A stretch of 64,000 nucleotides of DNA from Candidatus Binatia bacterium (GCA_963664395.2 OY761159.2:4224001-4288000); one strand, 5' to 3'. Shown: positions 11,662-21,481, numbered from the stretch's first letter. Numbers and translations are program-made. Notes: generated by a model not told the origin, from the letters alone.

Positions 11662-13395
11662 ATGGATTTCCTTCCGACAGACCCGGTCAAAATCTGGACA
11701 TTCATCATCGTTGGTCTCTCGTTTGCGCTCTATATCGGTATCGCCTGGCGCGCCAAGGCCGAGTCAACGAGCGACTTTTATGTTGCCGGCTCACGGGTCG
11801 GTGCTCTTGCTAACGGCATGGCGACCGCCGCGGGTTGGATGAGTGCCGCCTCGTTTATCTCGATGGCGGGCATGATGTCCTTCCTGGGGCGTGACGGGGC
11901 GATGTATCTGATGGGCTGGACGGGCGGGTATGTGCTCTTGGCCCTGTTGCTCGCTCCGTATTTGCGGAAGTTCGGTAAGTATACCGTGCCGGACTTCGTG
12001 GGCGAACGTTATTATTCGCAGACCGCTCGGGTCGTTGCTCTCACCTGCGCCATCTTTGTCTCGTTTACATACGTGGCTGGTCAGATGCGGGGCGTTGGGG
12101 TCGTGTTTGCCCGTTTTTTGGAAGTCCCGGTTGAATTGGGCGTGATCATCGGCATGGCCATCGTCTTTATCTACGCCGTGACCGGTGGCCAAAAAGGCAT
12201 CACCTATACGCAGGTCGCCCAATACTGTGTGCTGATCTTTGCCTATATGCTGCCAACTTTTTTTATTTCTCTGTTGATGACCGATACGCTGCTGCCCCAA
12301 ATTGGCTTCGGCGCGGAACTGACAACGGAGCCGGGAATTTCTCTGCTGGATAAGCTTGACGGCTTAAGTCAGGAACTTGGTTTTGCGGCCTATACCGGTC
12401 GGGGGAGTAAAACGATTATCGATGTCTTTTTTATTACCCTCTCCCTGATGGTCGGGACTGCCGGTCTGCCGCATGTCATCACCCGCTTTTTTACTGTTCC
12501 GAGAGTGAAAGATGCGCGGCTCTCAGCCGGCTACGCCCTGTTGTTTATTGTCATCCTGTACGCGACCGCCCCTGCGGTTGCCGCGTTTGCCCGCACCAAT
12601 CTCTTAACCACCGTCCACAACGCAGAATACGCCCGTGTGCCTGACTGGTTCTCAAAATGGGAAGAAACCGGCCTGATTCGTTTTTCCGATAAGAACCGGG
12701 ATGGCCGGATTCAGTATTATGACGATCAAAATCCGGCCTTTGCCGAGCGCGCCACAGCGCAAGGCTGGCAGGGAAACGAGTTATACATCGACCGCGATAT
12801 TATCGTGCTCGCCAATCCTGAAATTGCCCAACTGCCGGCTTGGATCATCGCCTTAGTTGCGGCTGGAGGTCTGGCGGCCGCCCTGTCTACTGCCGCCGGC
12901 TTGCTGCTTGTCCTGTCGATGTCGGTCTCACACGATCTGATGAAAAATGTGCTGTGCCCGGACATCACCGAGCAGCAAGAGCTCCGCTATGCACGTCTGG
13001 CCGCGGCTGGAGCGGTGATCATCGCCGGCTATTTCGGCATTCATCCGCCGGGGTTTGTCGCCCAAGTGGTGGCTTTTGCTTTCGGCCTGGCCGCTTCGAG
13101 CTTCTTTCCGGTTATTGTCCTGGGGATTTTCTCTAAACGTATGAACCGAGCCGGGGCGATTGCCGGGATGATCTGCGGCATGAGTTTTACCACCGCCTAT
13201 ATTGTCTATTTCAAGTTTATCAGCCCTGAAGCCAATACGGCCGAGTACTGGCTATGGGGCATCTCGCCCGAAGGCATTGGCGGGGTTGGTATGTTGCTCA
13301 ACTTTGGCGTTGCGCTTGTACTGTCCTCGTTCACCAGCCCGCCACCAACTGCGGTCCAAGACATGGTTGAGGAAATCCGTATCCCGCGCCATTAG
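11662..13395 (+). CDS. Sodium:solute symporter, ActP / VC_2705-like monocarboxylate permease
   Basis: NGMATAAGWMSAASFISMAG, APYLRKFGKYTVPDF, GTAGLPHVITRFFTVP, AAGGLAAALSTAAGLLL. Confidence 0.9.
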   Translation: MDFLPTDPVKIWTFIIVGLSFALYIGIAWRAKAESTSDFYVAGSRVGALANGMATAAGWMSAASFISMAGMMSFLGRDGAMYLMGWTGGYVLLALLLAPYLRKFGKYTVPDFVGERYYSQTARVVALTCAIFVSFTYVAGQMRGVGVVFARFLEVPVELGVIIGMAIVFIYAVTGGQKGITYTQVAQYCVLIFAYMLPTFFISLLMTDTLLPQIGFGAELTTEPGISLLDKLDGLSQELGFAAYTGRGSKTIIDVFFITLSLMVGTAGLPHVITRFFTVPRVKDARLSAGYALLFIVILYATAPAVAAFARTNLLTTVHNAEYARVPDWFSKWEETGLIRFSDKNRDGRIQYYDDQNPAFAERATAQGWQGNELYIDRDIIVLANPEIAQLPAWIIALVAAGGLAAALSTAAGLLLVLSMSVSHDLMKNVLCPDITEQQELRYARLAAAGAVIIAGYFGIHPPGFVAQVVAFAFGLAASSFFPVIVLGIFSKRMNRAGAIAGMICGMSFTTAYIVYFKFISPEANTAEYWLWGISPEGIGGVGMLLNFGVALVLSSFTSPPPTAVQDMVEEIRIPRH

Positions 13396-13586
13396 CGGTT
13401 CATGGTGATTTTATTGAGGTGAAAATAGGACAGAACGAAGGGCTTATCTCTTATATGCTTACCTTCTTAATCAATCCTATGAGTGCGAAGATGCCAACGA
13501 CATTAGGGTTTTTTCCTTAATATCCGATGTCTTAGACACTGGCTTATTCTCCTACTGGAGGCGTTTGGTTATCTCCTGAAAATTCC

Positions 13587-14079
13587 TCACTGCTTTACAC
13601 CATACTTTGTCTTGAGCGACTGCACCAAGAAACTCGCGTCATATGTCATTCCTCTGGACCTGCGGCCTTTGATGAGAACAGACAATGGTATTTGTGACAG
13701 TTGGCGAGGCCCCCTCGATGTAGTCTTCTGACTCGGTGATGATGAAATACGCGAATCCATGCGCTAAGGCGAGTTCGGCGGAGCGGAGCAGTACAAAATC
13801 TGTGACTCGCTCGCGGCTCGTATATTCATTGCCCTTAAACGTCACTCGGAATGTCTGAGGATCAAGTTGGACCTCGGAGAATCCTCCGATAAACCCTTGC
13901 TGTATCTCACTAGGAAGAAAGGTCCCGACTAGAAACGAACCAACTCCAGAGGATCCTCCTGCCTGCTTCTGATAGCTGGTGGAACACCCAACAAAGAGGA
14001 CCAAACAGAGCGCATAGAGATACAAATTCTTTTGAAACGTTATGGTTGGTTGCCTTCCTGTCCATTCAAGACGATTCAT
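13587..14079 (-). pseudogene. CC0125/CC1285-like lipoprotein, frameshifted near the C-terminus (ORF as assembled 13639..14079)
   Basis: Lipobox FVGC; FRVTFKGNEYTSRERVTDFVLLRSAEL; family-like tail MTYDASFLVQSLKTKYGVKQ* lies in the shifted frame (13649..13587). Confidence 0.65.
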
Positions 14080-14159
14080 ATGACGAATATCAGTCTATGG
14101 ATTTCTTTGGAGACCTACAAGCGTTTGGGAAATGAAGGATTGGCAAGTCGAAAGAAATG

Positions 14160-14232
<73 letters not shown>

Positions 14233-14247
14233 ACATAATGGGGCATC

Positions 14248-14277
14248 CTCTTAGCAGTTAATCCGGTTTCTTGGCAA
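14248..14277 (-). promoter_or_regulatory. Putative sigma70 promoter for tRNA-Phe
   Basis: TTGCCA-18 nt-TAAGAG with an extended -10 TG. Confidence 0.45.
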
Positions 14278-14432
14278 GCCCGGTTGCGGGTGCGCACGGG
14301 GTGAGGCGCGAACCGTTGACGCTGATGAGTCGGTGATGATAGCGCGTGGGGGGGGGAGGCAGACGATTTGACCACTGGCGGGCGGTGATCAACGTCCAGT
14401 GAGAGTGACGTTGGGCGGGGAGGGACGCAGCA

Positions 14433-15104
14433 ATGTCGGGGAGACGAGACGCAGGACACAACACGCCACTGATATCCGTGATCCTGCCGACTTTTGATCG
14501 AGTGGATTTATTGCCGCGGAGCATCGCATCGGTGCTGGCCCAGACGTTCACGGACTGGGAGCTGATCGTTATCGACGATGGCAGCACCGATAATACGGCC
14601 GACGTTGTCGCGGCGTGGCAGCAACGGTCCGACCGGATTCGCTATGTCCGACAGACAAATCAGGGGGTTGGGGCCGCGCGCAACCGTGGCGTTGCGGAAG
14701 CCCGTGGAGAGTACATCGCCTGTCTCGATAGTGATGACGAATATCTTCCCACCCATTTGGAGACGCGGCTTGAACTGTTACGGCGGCATGACCTTGATTT
14801 GATACAAGGCGGCGTCCAGGTTGACGGCAAGCAGTGGGTCGTCGACTTCTTTAATCCGACGCAGCTCATCCGCATAGCCGAGTGTGTCATCGGCGGGACG
14901 CTGTTCGGGAAGCGTACGGTCTTTATCGAGCTGGGCGGATTTTGTGACCTGAACTATGGAGAAGATCTTGACCTCTGGAAGCGGGCCCAAAAAGAGTTTA
15001 AGGCCGAGACCTTTGGCGAACCAGCGACCTATATCCTGCACGAAACACCCAATAGTCTGCGCATGGTCCGGTTCGAGGAGTGGGCTGCCCGGCAATCTGA
15101 ATAG
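14433..15104 (+). CDS. Glycosyltransferase family 2
   Basis: ISVILPTFDR, IDDGSTD, NQGVGAARNRG, YIACLDSDD, GEDLDLW. Confidence 0.9.
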   Translation: MSGRRDAGHNTPLISVILPTFDRVDLLPRSIASVLAQTFTDWELIVIDDGSTDNTADVVAAWQQRSDRIRYVRQTNQGVGAARNRGVAEARGEYIACLDSDDEYLPTHLETRLELLRRHDLDLIQGGVQVDGKQWVVDFFNPTQLIRIAECVIGGTLFGKRTVFIELGGFCDLNYGEDLDLWKRAQKEFKAETFGEPATYILHETPNSLRMVRFEEWAARQSE

Positions 15105-15143
15105 CCCGCTGACACGGTTGCTGCGTGGCCCTGGGCGTGCTGG

Positions 15144-15866
15144 TTATGGCTGGATAGCCTCTGCGGCTGAGATGCGGTCTCTCAGGCAATACACCCCCAG
15201 ATAAAACAGGGGCGTGTCGAGCAGGGCAAAGACGAGCTTGAAGGCATACGAGGACAGCGCCAGCGGAATGAGTTTGTCTATCGAATCAACGGCTGAACCG
15301 AGCGCGCCGGAAGCATATAGAATTGACGAGATGAGAAATGTATCCACGATTTGGCTGAGCATAGTCGAGCCATTATTGCGCAGCCACAAATGGCGTCCCT
15401 TGGTGAGTTGTCGCCAGAAATGGAAGAGCTGTACATCAACGGACTGCGCGACGAGATAGGCAATCATAGAGGCGATGACGCCCGGCTTCATAAAGGCGTA
15501 CACCGTGTCAAACGTTGCTGCCGCCCCTGATACGCCTGAGGCATCCGGCAATACATGGCCACACCACATCAGGAAAAGCATGAAAAAATTCATACAAAAC
15601 CCCACCCAGACGATGGACTGCGCCCGCCGCCGGCCGTAGAGTTCGCTGATCAGGTCGGTGGCCAAAAAGGTAAATGGATACGCCAGCAGCCCCGCCGGAA
15701 TCACAAACCAGCCAAGATCAACAAACTTCGTAATACCGACAACATTACCCAAGGTGAGCGAGGTCAGAAAAATCCCAACCAGAAAAGAATAGAAGACCTC
15801 GCGGGCATGCGGCGACCAGGCCCGCCCCGTAGTCGCGTGGGCCGTCGTGTGGACGTTGTGCGGCAT
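15144..15866 (-). CDS. yhhQ: Queuosine precursor transporter (YhhQ/VUT family)
   Basis: YPFTFLATDLISELYG, ASMIAYLVAQSVDV, HLWLRNNGSTMLSQIVDT, ALLDTP. Confidence 0.88.
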   Translation of the reverse strand: MPHNVHTTAHATTGRAWSPHAREVFYSFLVGIFLTSLTLGNVVGITKFVDLGWFVIPAGLLAYPFTFLATDLISELYGRRRAQSIVWVGFCMNFFMLFLMWCGHVLPDASGVSGAAATFDTVYAFMKPGVIASMIAYLVAQSVDVQLFHFWRQLTKGRHLWLRNNGSTMLSQIVDTFLISSILYASGALGSAVDSIDKLIPLALSSYAFKLVFALLDTPLFYLGVYCLRDRISAAEAIQP

Positions 15867-15876
15867 CGGATGTCCG

Positions 15877-16848
15877 TTACGCCCTGGCCGGCTGCTGCTC
15901 TGCTACTCGTTGCTCGGCAAAATCAATGACCTGAGCTTCCAGACAGGCATGGTTGAGTTGATCAATTTCCTGCACGCCGGTTGGGCTGGTGACGTTGACC
16001 TCGGTCAGGTAGTCGCCAATGATGTCGAGCCCGACAAAATACAGCCCGTCTCTTTGGAGAAGCGGGGCGACTGTCCGACAGATTTCTTTATCCCGGTCTG
16101 TGATATCTGCCTTGACACAGGTTCCGCCAACATGGATATTGCCCCGATTTTCATCGGCCCGAGGAACCCGCAAGGTACAGCCAATGGGTTCGCCGTTCAG
16201 GGCGATGAGACGCTTATCCCCCTGGCGGACTTCCGGAATATACTGCTGGGCAATGATGGCCGTACGCCCTTCCTGGGTCATGGTTTCGAGGATGGAGTTC
16301 AGATTCCGATCATCCTTGCGGACATAAAAAATGCCTGCCCCGCCATGTCCGTCTATGGGTTTGATAATCATCTCTCCGCCCAACTCATCAAGAAAGGCTT
16401 TGAGCCGCTCGGCGTCGTGGGTGATCAAGGTGGCGGGGATGACGCTGGGAAAATTGAGGGCGTACAGTTTTTCATTTGCCGCGCGCAGGCCGGCCGGGCG
16501 GTTGAGGACAAGCGCGCCTTCATTCCGGGCCAAGTCGAGCAGTTGGGTCGCGTGCAGATAGGCAATATCAAAGGGAGGATCTTTGCGCATGAAAATCGCG
16601 TCAAAATCACCCAATGGGCCAGTGTGTTCTTGGCCAAATGTAAAATGGTTATTCGACTCTCGGCGCAGCTCAATCCGGCGTGCCCGGCCCATGGCCCGCG
16701 CGCGTTCAATAAACAAGTCAGACATTTCCAGATACCAGACTTCATGGCCACGTGTCTGTGCTTCAAGCATAAAAACAAAGGTCGTGTCTTTGTCGATTAA
16801 GACGTGTTGAATCGGGTCCATAATAAAGGCGAAACGTAATCGACTCAT
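15877..16848 (-). CDS. gshB: Glutathione synthetase
   Basis: MDPI...KDTT, MRKDPPFD, ANEKL, GDKR, RGNIHVGG, TEVNVTSPTG. Confidence 0.95.
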   Translation of the reverse strand: MSRLRFAFIMDPIQHVLIDKDTTFVFMLEAQTRGHEVWYLEMSDLFIERARAMGRARRIELRRESNNHFTFGQEHTGPLGDFDAIFMRKDPPFDIAYLHATQLLDLARNEGALVLNRPAGLRAANEKLYALNFPSVIPATLITHDAERLKAFLDELGGEMIIKPIDGHGGAGIFYVRKDDRNLNSILETMTQEGRTAIIAQQYIPEVRQGDKRLIALNGEPIGCTLRVPRADENRGNIHVGGTCVKADITDRDKEICRTVAPLLQRDGLYFVGLDIIGDYLTEVNVTSPTGVQEIDQLNHACLEAQVIDFAEQRVAEQQPARA

Positions 16849-16967
16849 GCTGCCTCCTCTTAGACTGCGCGTATTCGCGCGCTCACCGTACCCAAGACCG
16901 GAGAGGGATCAGAGAGGGAACGGAGAAGGATTTTTTCTGCCCGCGGCATGCTAGGGAGTCGTACCGT

Positions 16968-17717
16968 TTAAGGCAAGGGGGGAAATTGGATATCACGCCA
17001 CAGGAACTGGCTCAGGGCGACAGCAGTCATACTCGCCGTCTCCGCCCGGAGGACCGAAGCGCCTAAACTGACCGACACACAGCCGACCGCCTTGGCCTGC
17101 TCAATTTCTTCGGGAGCAAAGCCGCCTTCCGGACCAACAAGAATATGGAGGGCATCGAATTGAGAGGCGTTTCGGGCAAAGAGCCTGAGGTGCAGGGCGC
17201 GCTCTTGTTCCGAGAAAACAATCTTGCCTGCATGAGGAGGGATGGAGTGCAATAGATTGGGAAAGGACTGCGGAGAACGAATCTCCGGTGGCAGGTTGCC
17301 CGACTGTTTTGCCGCGGCACGAGCGATGTGCTGCCACCGGGCGACTCGTTCAGCCTGTTTGCCGGCGGGAGTACGGGCAACCGTACGGGCCGAGACAAAT
17401 GGCGCAATGGTGTGAACGCCAAGCTCGGTGGCTTTTTCAATCACCAAGTCCATTTTGCGTCCCTTGAGCAGGCTCTGAGCAAGTGTCAGGTGAAAGGCGG
17501 GCGTTGCGGGTGGGGCGTGGTGCGTAAGTGCGACCTCAGCATATTCCGGTCCGATATGGAGAATCTCACCCTGATACGTGGCTCCTCGTTCATCGTACAG
17601 GCTGACTCGCGCGCCGGTATCGAGCCGCAGGACGTGCCGCAGGTGATGAAATTCAGTCCCGCTGAGCTGAGCCCGGTCTTGGATGATGGCCTGGGATGAG
17701 ATGAAGAAGCGTCGCAT
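16968..17717 (-). CDS. rsmE: 16S rRNA m3U1498 methyltransferase
   Basis: HHLRHVLR, KATELGV, VGPEGGF, LG..VLRAETA. Confidence 0.95.
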   Translation of the reverse strand: MRRFFISSQAIIQDRAQLSGTEFHHLRHVLRLDTGARVSLYDERGATYQGEILHIGPEYAEVALTHHAPPATPAFHLTLAQSLLKGRKMDLVIEKATELGVHTIAPFVSARTVARTPAGKQAERVARWQHIARAAAKQSGNLPPEIRSPQSFPNLLHSIPPHAGKIVFSEQERALHLRLFARNASQFDALHILVGPEGGFAPEEIEQAKAVGCVSVSLGASVLRAETASMTAVALSQFLWRDIQFPPLP

Positions 17718-17726
17718 ATGTCGGGC

Positions 17727-18626
17727 TTAGTTCCGACGTAAGACCAGCGTTGTCCAGTCTTCTTTGGGTCGGTGTTCTAGCAGAGTCCAGTGCGGCGTAC
17801 TGAAGGCCTCAAGTACGACCTCGGCCTGGTCGCTCTGGATACCGGATAGGATTGCATGTCCTGCGCGTGTGAGTGCCTGAGTGATTGCAGGACAGAGTGC
17901 AATCAGCGTTGAGGCAAAGAGATTGGCCACGACCAATTGAAAAGGCGCTGGGAGTTCGTTGAGGCGAGCAGCGCTGATATGTAAGGCGGTCGCTACACCG
18001 TTTACCGCCGCGTTCTTCTTCGCTTCTTCGAGCGCGGCAGGATCAATATCTGTCGCCCAAATTGAAGGAGTCCCCAGCTTGGCTAATGCAATGGCCAGGA
18101 TACCAGACCCGGTACCCAGGTCCAGGGCACGCTCTGGAGGACCATTGGTGGCGCACAGCGCCTCGATCGCTTCCAGACAGGTTTGTGTGGTCGCGTGATG
18201 ACCGGTGCCGAACGCCATGCTGGGATTAATCTCAATAATATGCCGCTCCGATTGCTCCGACCGTACCTCCCAGGGTGGCAGGATAAGCAACTGGTGTCCA
18301 ACGGGGAGGGGCGGAAAGTGAGTTTTCCATTGCTCCTGCCAGGCATCGCTGCTGATGACCTGACACTCAGGAACACTGGCAACCAGGGCGGGATACTCAG
18401 CGGCGATACTCCGGAGATATTTCATGAGACTTGCCCGCATCGCCGCGGCGTCCTGGTCTGCGGAAAAAAAGCCTTGAACAATCGTCTGTGCCGGCGGTGG
18501 CGTGTCTGGTTTCCACTCTCCCTCAGCAATGCCGATTGAGCCGAGTTCGACCAGAAAATGGGAGACGACCTCAACCGCCTCAGTGGGGACGGACACCGCA
18601 ACACGCAGCCATCGTTCTGCGGCCAT
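17727..18626 (-). CDS. prmA: Ribosomal protein L11 methyltransferase
   Basis: W...WK.HF.P, INPSMAFGTGHHATT, LDLGTGSGILAI, VVANL. Confidence 0.93.
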   Translation of the reverse strand: MAAERWLRVAVSVPTEAVEVVSHFLVELGSIGIAEGEWKPDTPPPAQTIVQGFFSADQDAAAMRASLMKYLRSIAAEYPALVASVPECQVISSDAWQEQWKTHFPPLPVGHQLLILPPWEVRSEQSERHIIEINPSMAFGTGHHATTQTCLEAIEALCATNGPPERALDLGTGSGILAIALAKLGTPSIWATDIDPAALEEAKKNAAVNGVATALHISAARLNELPAPFQLVVANLFASTLIALCPAITQALTRAGHAILSGIQSDQAEVVLEAFSTPHWTLLEHRPKEDWTTLVLRRN

Positions 18627-18639
18627 AACTCATGCACTC

Positions 18640-18695
18640 AAATGAGTAAACGTGCCAACATCTGCCTGGCTAGTGGCGGGCGCGTTTACTCATTT
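18640..18695. repeat. 17-bp inverted repeat spanning the M16 peptidase stop codon and the prmA leader
   Basis: aaatgagtaaacgtgcc (18640-18656) vs ggcgcgtttactcattt (18679-18695), one mismatch. Confidence 0.8.
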
Positions 18696-21298
18696 TGGCC
18701 AACAATAACCAGGGTCTGCTCGGTTGGATTGAGATAGGTATTGGCAACGCGTTGCAGGTCTGTATCCGTCACTTGTCTGATATGGTCCAAATATGCCCGC
18801 CCATGAGTATGACCGAGACCATACAGTTCATTGAAAGCCAATTCTTCAGATTGGGCGGCATTTGATTGCAATGATATCTCATAGCTGCCGGTCATATATT
18901 TCTTGGCCCGCTCAAGCTCATCAGAGGTTACTTTCTCTTGGCGTATGCGTTCGAGCTCCGCTTGTGTTGCGCCTATCGCTTCGTCTACGCGGCTTGGGTC
19001 AGTGCCCAAGTACACACCGAACACACCGGGGGCGAGGCCTTCAACATTGAACGCGGTCACAGAATAGGCCAGGGCGCGCTGTTCACGCACCTCATAGAAC
19101 AGCCGTCCCCCTTGGCGAGACAGGATGGTATCCAAGACTTTCAGCGCATACCGGTCTGGATTATCAAGGGTGACGCCTTGAAAGCCCAATACCACATGGG
19201 CTTGTTGTTTCTCCGCACTTTTGACTACGGTCCGAACACCGCTCGGGCGGGGCTCTGGCGCCGGAGCGGTGGGCGGCGTGACTGCGGGCAAGGTGGACAA
19301 TCCAGCACTCAGGCGGTCAATCAGTTGCGTCGTCTCAACGTCGCCAACAACACTCAGAACCAGGCGTTCAGGGTCGAGTAGCGTTTTGTAGTACGTGGCA
19401 ACCTGCTCTTGCGTCATGGTGCTGATGCTGGCCACACTGCCGAGGGTCAGCAGGCGATAGGGATGCGTCTGGTACAAGGTCTGGTAAAACAAATCAAAAG
19501 CAATCTGAGCGAGGTCATCTTCACGGTTCTTGAGCGCCAGCAAAATCTCGCGCCGCCGTTTTTCCACCTCATCGGCTGGAAAAGTGGGGTGGAGTAAGGT
19601 CTCAAGGAAAATATCTATGCCTTCATTTGCGTGGGTCGTGAGAAACGAGCCCGATAAGCCCAAACTATTACGTCCGGAAAATCCGTTTAACCCACCCGCA
19701 AGCGACTCAACCGCTTCCGCCAGGCTGAAGCGTGAGAACTGCTGGCTGCCACGAGTGAGCATGCCGGCAACAAAATTGCTGATGCCGGCGGTGTGTTCGT
19801 TTTCGAACAACAGGCCGCCGAGCGTTACGGCTTGGACCGCTATGACCGGGACATCGTGGTGTTCCTTCACCAGCAGACGAACGCCATTATCGAGGCGGGT
19901 GGCTGTCACCGCGCTGCCGTTCGTGGCCGGTGTCTGCGCTGGTGCGCTGGTCTTGCTGACCGGCTGGTCGAACCGCTGGCACAATTGTGTGATGTCCTCG
20001 GCGGTCGGGATGCTGGCTTCCTGCGTCTTTCCCAGGATGACGACATTTAACCTTGCGGGAGAGAGATAGTGGCGCGCGACGCGCTGAATGTCCTGGGGCG
20101 TAACAGCAGCCAGACCCTTGAGATAGCGTTGCTCGTAGTCGGGGTCGGAGAAGACGGTGAGAAAATACCCCAGTTGGCGGGCTTGGCCTTGGACAGTTTC
20201 CCGCCGATAGACAAAATCACTCGCTAAATTCGTTCGGGCCCGGTCGAGTTCTGCCTGGGTCACACGCGTATGCTTGTACTGAAAGAGCAGGGCCAGACTC
20301 TGTTCAAGTGCTTGCTGAATCTTTTCTTGTTCCAGTGCCGCCGCCACGATGAATAAACCCGAGTCGGCTGGCGTGTAGGCACTGGCTGTGATCCAGTTGA
20401 CCAATTCCTGTTCTGCTTGGAGCTTTTGGATCAGTACCGAGCTTTCTCCGCCACCCACGACAAAGCTGAGGAGATCGAGTGCAAAAATATCCTCATGTTC
20501 AGCTGGCGGGAGAGGGAATGCCATATAGAGGTATACTTCCTCCACGTTCATATCCACGACGGAGAGGCGCAGCTCGGTCTGGGCCGGTTCGGACGGACGG
20601 GGACGGACGGGGAGTTGGGCCAAGGGTTTGTGGTCAAACAGCCGCAGCACTTCTTGTCGGGCTTTTTCCCGGTCAAGGTCCCCAACGATTACCACCGTCA
20701 TATTATTGGGGTGGTACCAGCGTTGGTAGAAATGCACGACGCGCTCACGGTTCAGCGCCTCAATGGTTGCGCGATAGCCAATAACCGGGCGGCCGTACGG
20801 GTGGTGCTTATAGACAACTTCAAACAGTTCGGTTGCTGCTCGGGTGGTGGGTGAATCCTCGCCGCGCTTCCATTCTTCCATCACGACTTGGAGTTCTTTG
20901 TCCAGTTCGTGGGGATCAAAAGTCGAGTTCTGGATGGCATCGGTCAGAATATCGAGCCCGTCTGAAAAATGCCGAGAGGCAAGGACGATGTGGTAGACGG
21001 TGTGATCCGCGGTGGTAAACGCATTAATGCTGCCGCCGGAGGATTCGATCTCAGTGGCAATAGCGCCGACCGGACGACTCGGGGTGCCCTTAAAGAGCAT
21101 GTGCTCGTGGACATGGGCGGCACCGGCGACATCCGGGGTCTCATCCGCACTGCCGGCCTTGACCCATACCTGGATGGCAACGACGGGCGCAAAATGGTCT
21201 TCTTGAATGGCTACGCGAAGACCGTTTTCGAGAGTAAAAAGAAGACGGTCTGGATTCTGTTTTGGGTCGGTTGTGTGGTTGGACGGTACGTTCGACAT
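18686..21298 (-). CDS. M16 family (pitrilysin-like) zinc peptidase, fused two-subunit type
   Basis: Inverted zinc motif HVHEH, INAFT, HPYGRPVIG; second half LDNGVRLLV...RLFYEVRE; AGGAGG RBS before 21298. Confidence 0.92.
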   Translation of the reverse strand: MSNVPSNHTTDPKQNPDRLLFTLENGLRVAIQEDHFAPVVAIQVWVKAGSADETPDVAGAAHVHEHMLFKGTPSRPVGAIATEIESSGGSINAFTTADHTVYHIVLASRHFSDGLDILTDAIQNSTFDPHELDKELQVVMEEWKRGEDSPTTRAATELFEVVYKHHPYGRPVIGYRATIEALNRERVVHFYQRWYHPNNMTVVIVGDLDREKARQEVLRLFDHKPLAQLPVRPRPSEPAQTELRLSVVDMNVEEVYLYMAFPLPPAEHEDIFALDLLSFVVGGGESSVLIQKLQAEQELVNWITASAYTPADSGLFIVAAALEQEKIQQALEQSLALLFQYKHTRVTQAELDRARTNLASDFVYRRETVQGQARQLGYFLTVFSDPDYEQRYLKGLAAVTPQDIQRVARHYLSPARLNVVILGKTQEASIPTAEDITQLCQRFDQPVSKTSAPAQTPATNGSAVTATRLDNGVRLLVKEHHDVPVIAVQAVTLGGLLFENEHTAGISNFVAGMLTRGSQQFSRFSLAEAVESLAGGLNGFSGRNSLGLSGSFLTTHANEGIDIFLETLLHPTFPADEVEKRRREILLALKNREDDLAQIAFDLFYQTLYQTHPYRLLTLGSVASISTMTQEQVATYYKTLLDPERLVLSVVGDVETTQLIDRLSAGLSTLPAVTPPTAPAPEPRPSGVRTVVKSAEKQQAHVVLGFQGVTLDNPDRYALKVLDTILSRQGGRLFYEVREQRALAYSVTAFNVEGLAPGVFGVYLGTDPSRVDEAIGATQAELERIRQEKVTSDELERAKKYMTGSYEISLQSNAAQSEELAFNELYGLGHTHGRAYLDHIRQVTDTDLQRVANTYLNPTEQTLVIVGQNE

Positions 21299-21359
21299 GG
21301 CCCTCCTGTGTTTCACACCCCCGGCAGGGAGTCAATGTTTATTGGAGCTGTAAGTGAGA

Positions 21360-21388
21360 AAAACAAAACGGGCAAGGAGTCTTGCCCG
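21360..21388 (-). terminator. Intrinsic terminator downstream of tRNA-Leu
   Basis: cgggcaag-gagt-cttgcccg hairpin followed on the minus strand by TTTTGTTTT. Confidence 0.75.
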
Positions 21389-21397
21389 CAAGGAGCA

Positions 21398-21481
21398 TGC
21401 AAGGAGGGGGACTTGAACCCCCATGGGTGTTACCCCACTAGTCCCTCAAACTAGCGCGTCTACCAGTTCCGCCATCCTCGC
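21398..21481 (-). tRNA. tRNA-Leu (GAG), long variable arm, CCA not encoded
   Basis: Reverse complement GCGAGGATGGCGGAACTGGTAGACGCGCTAGTTTGAGGGACTAGTGGGGTAACACCCATGGGGGTTCAAGTCCCCCTCCTTGCA. Confidence 0.97.
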
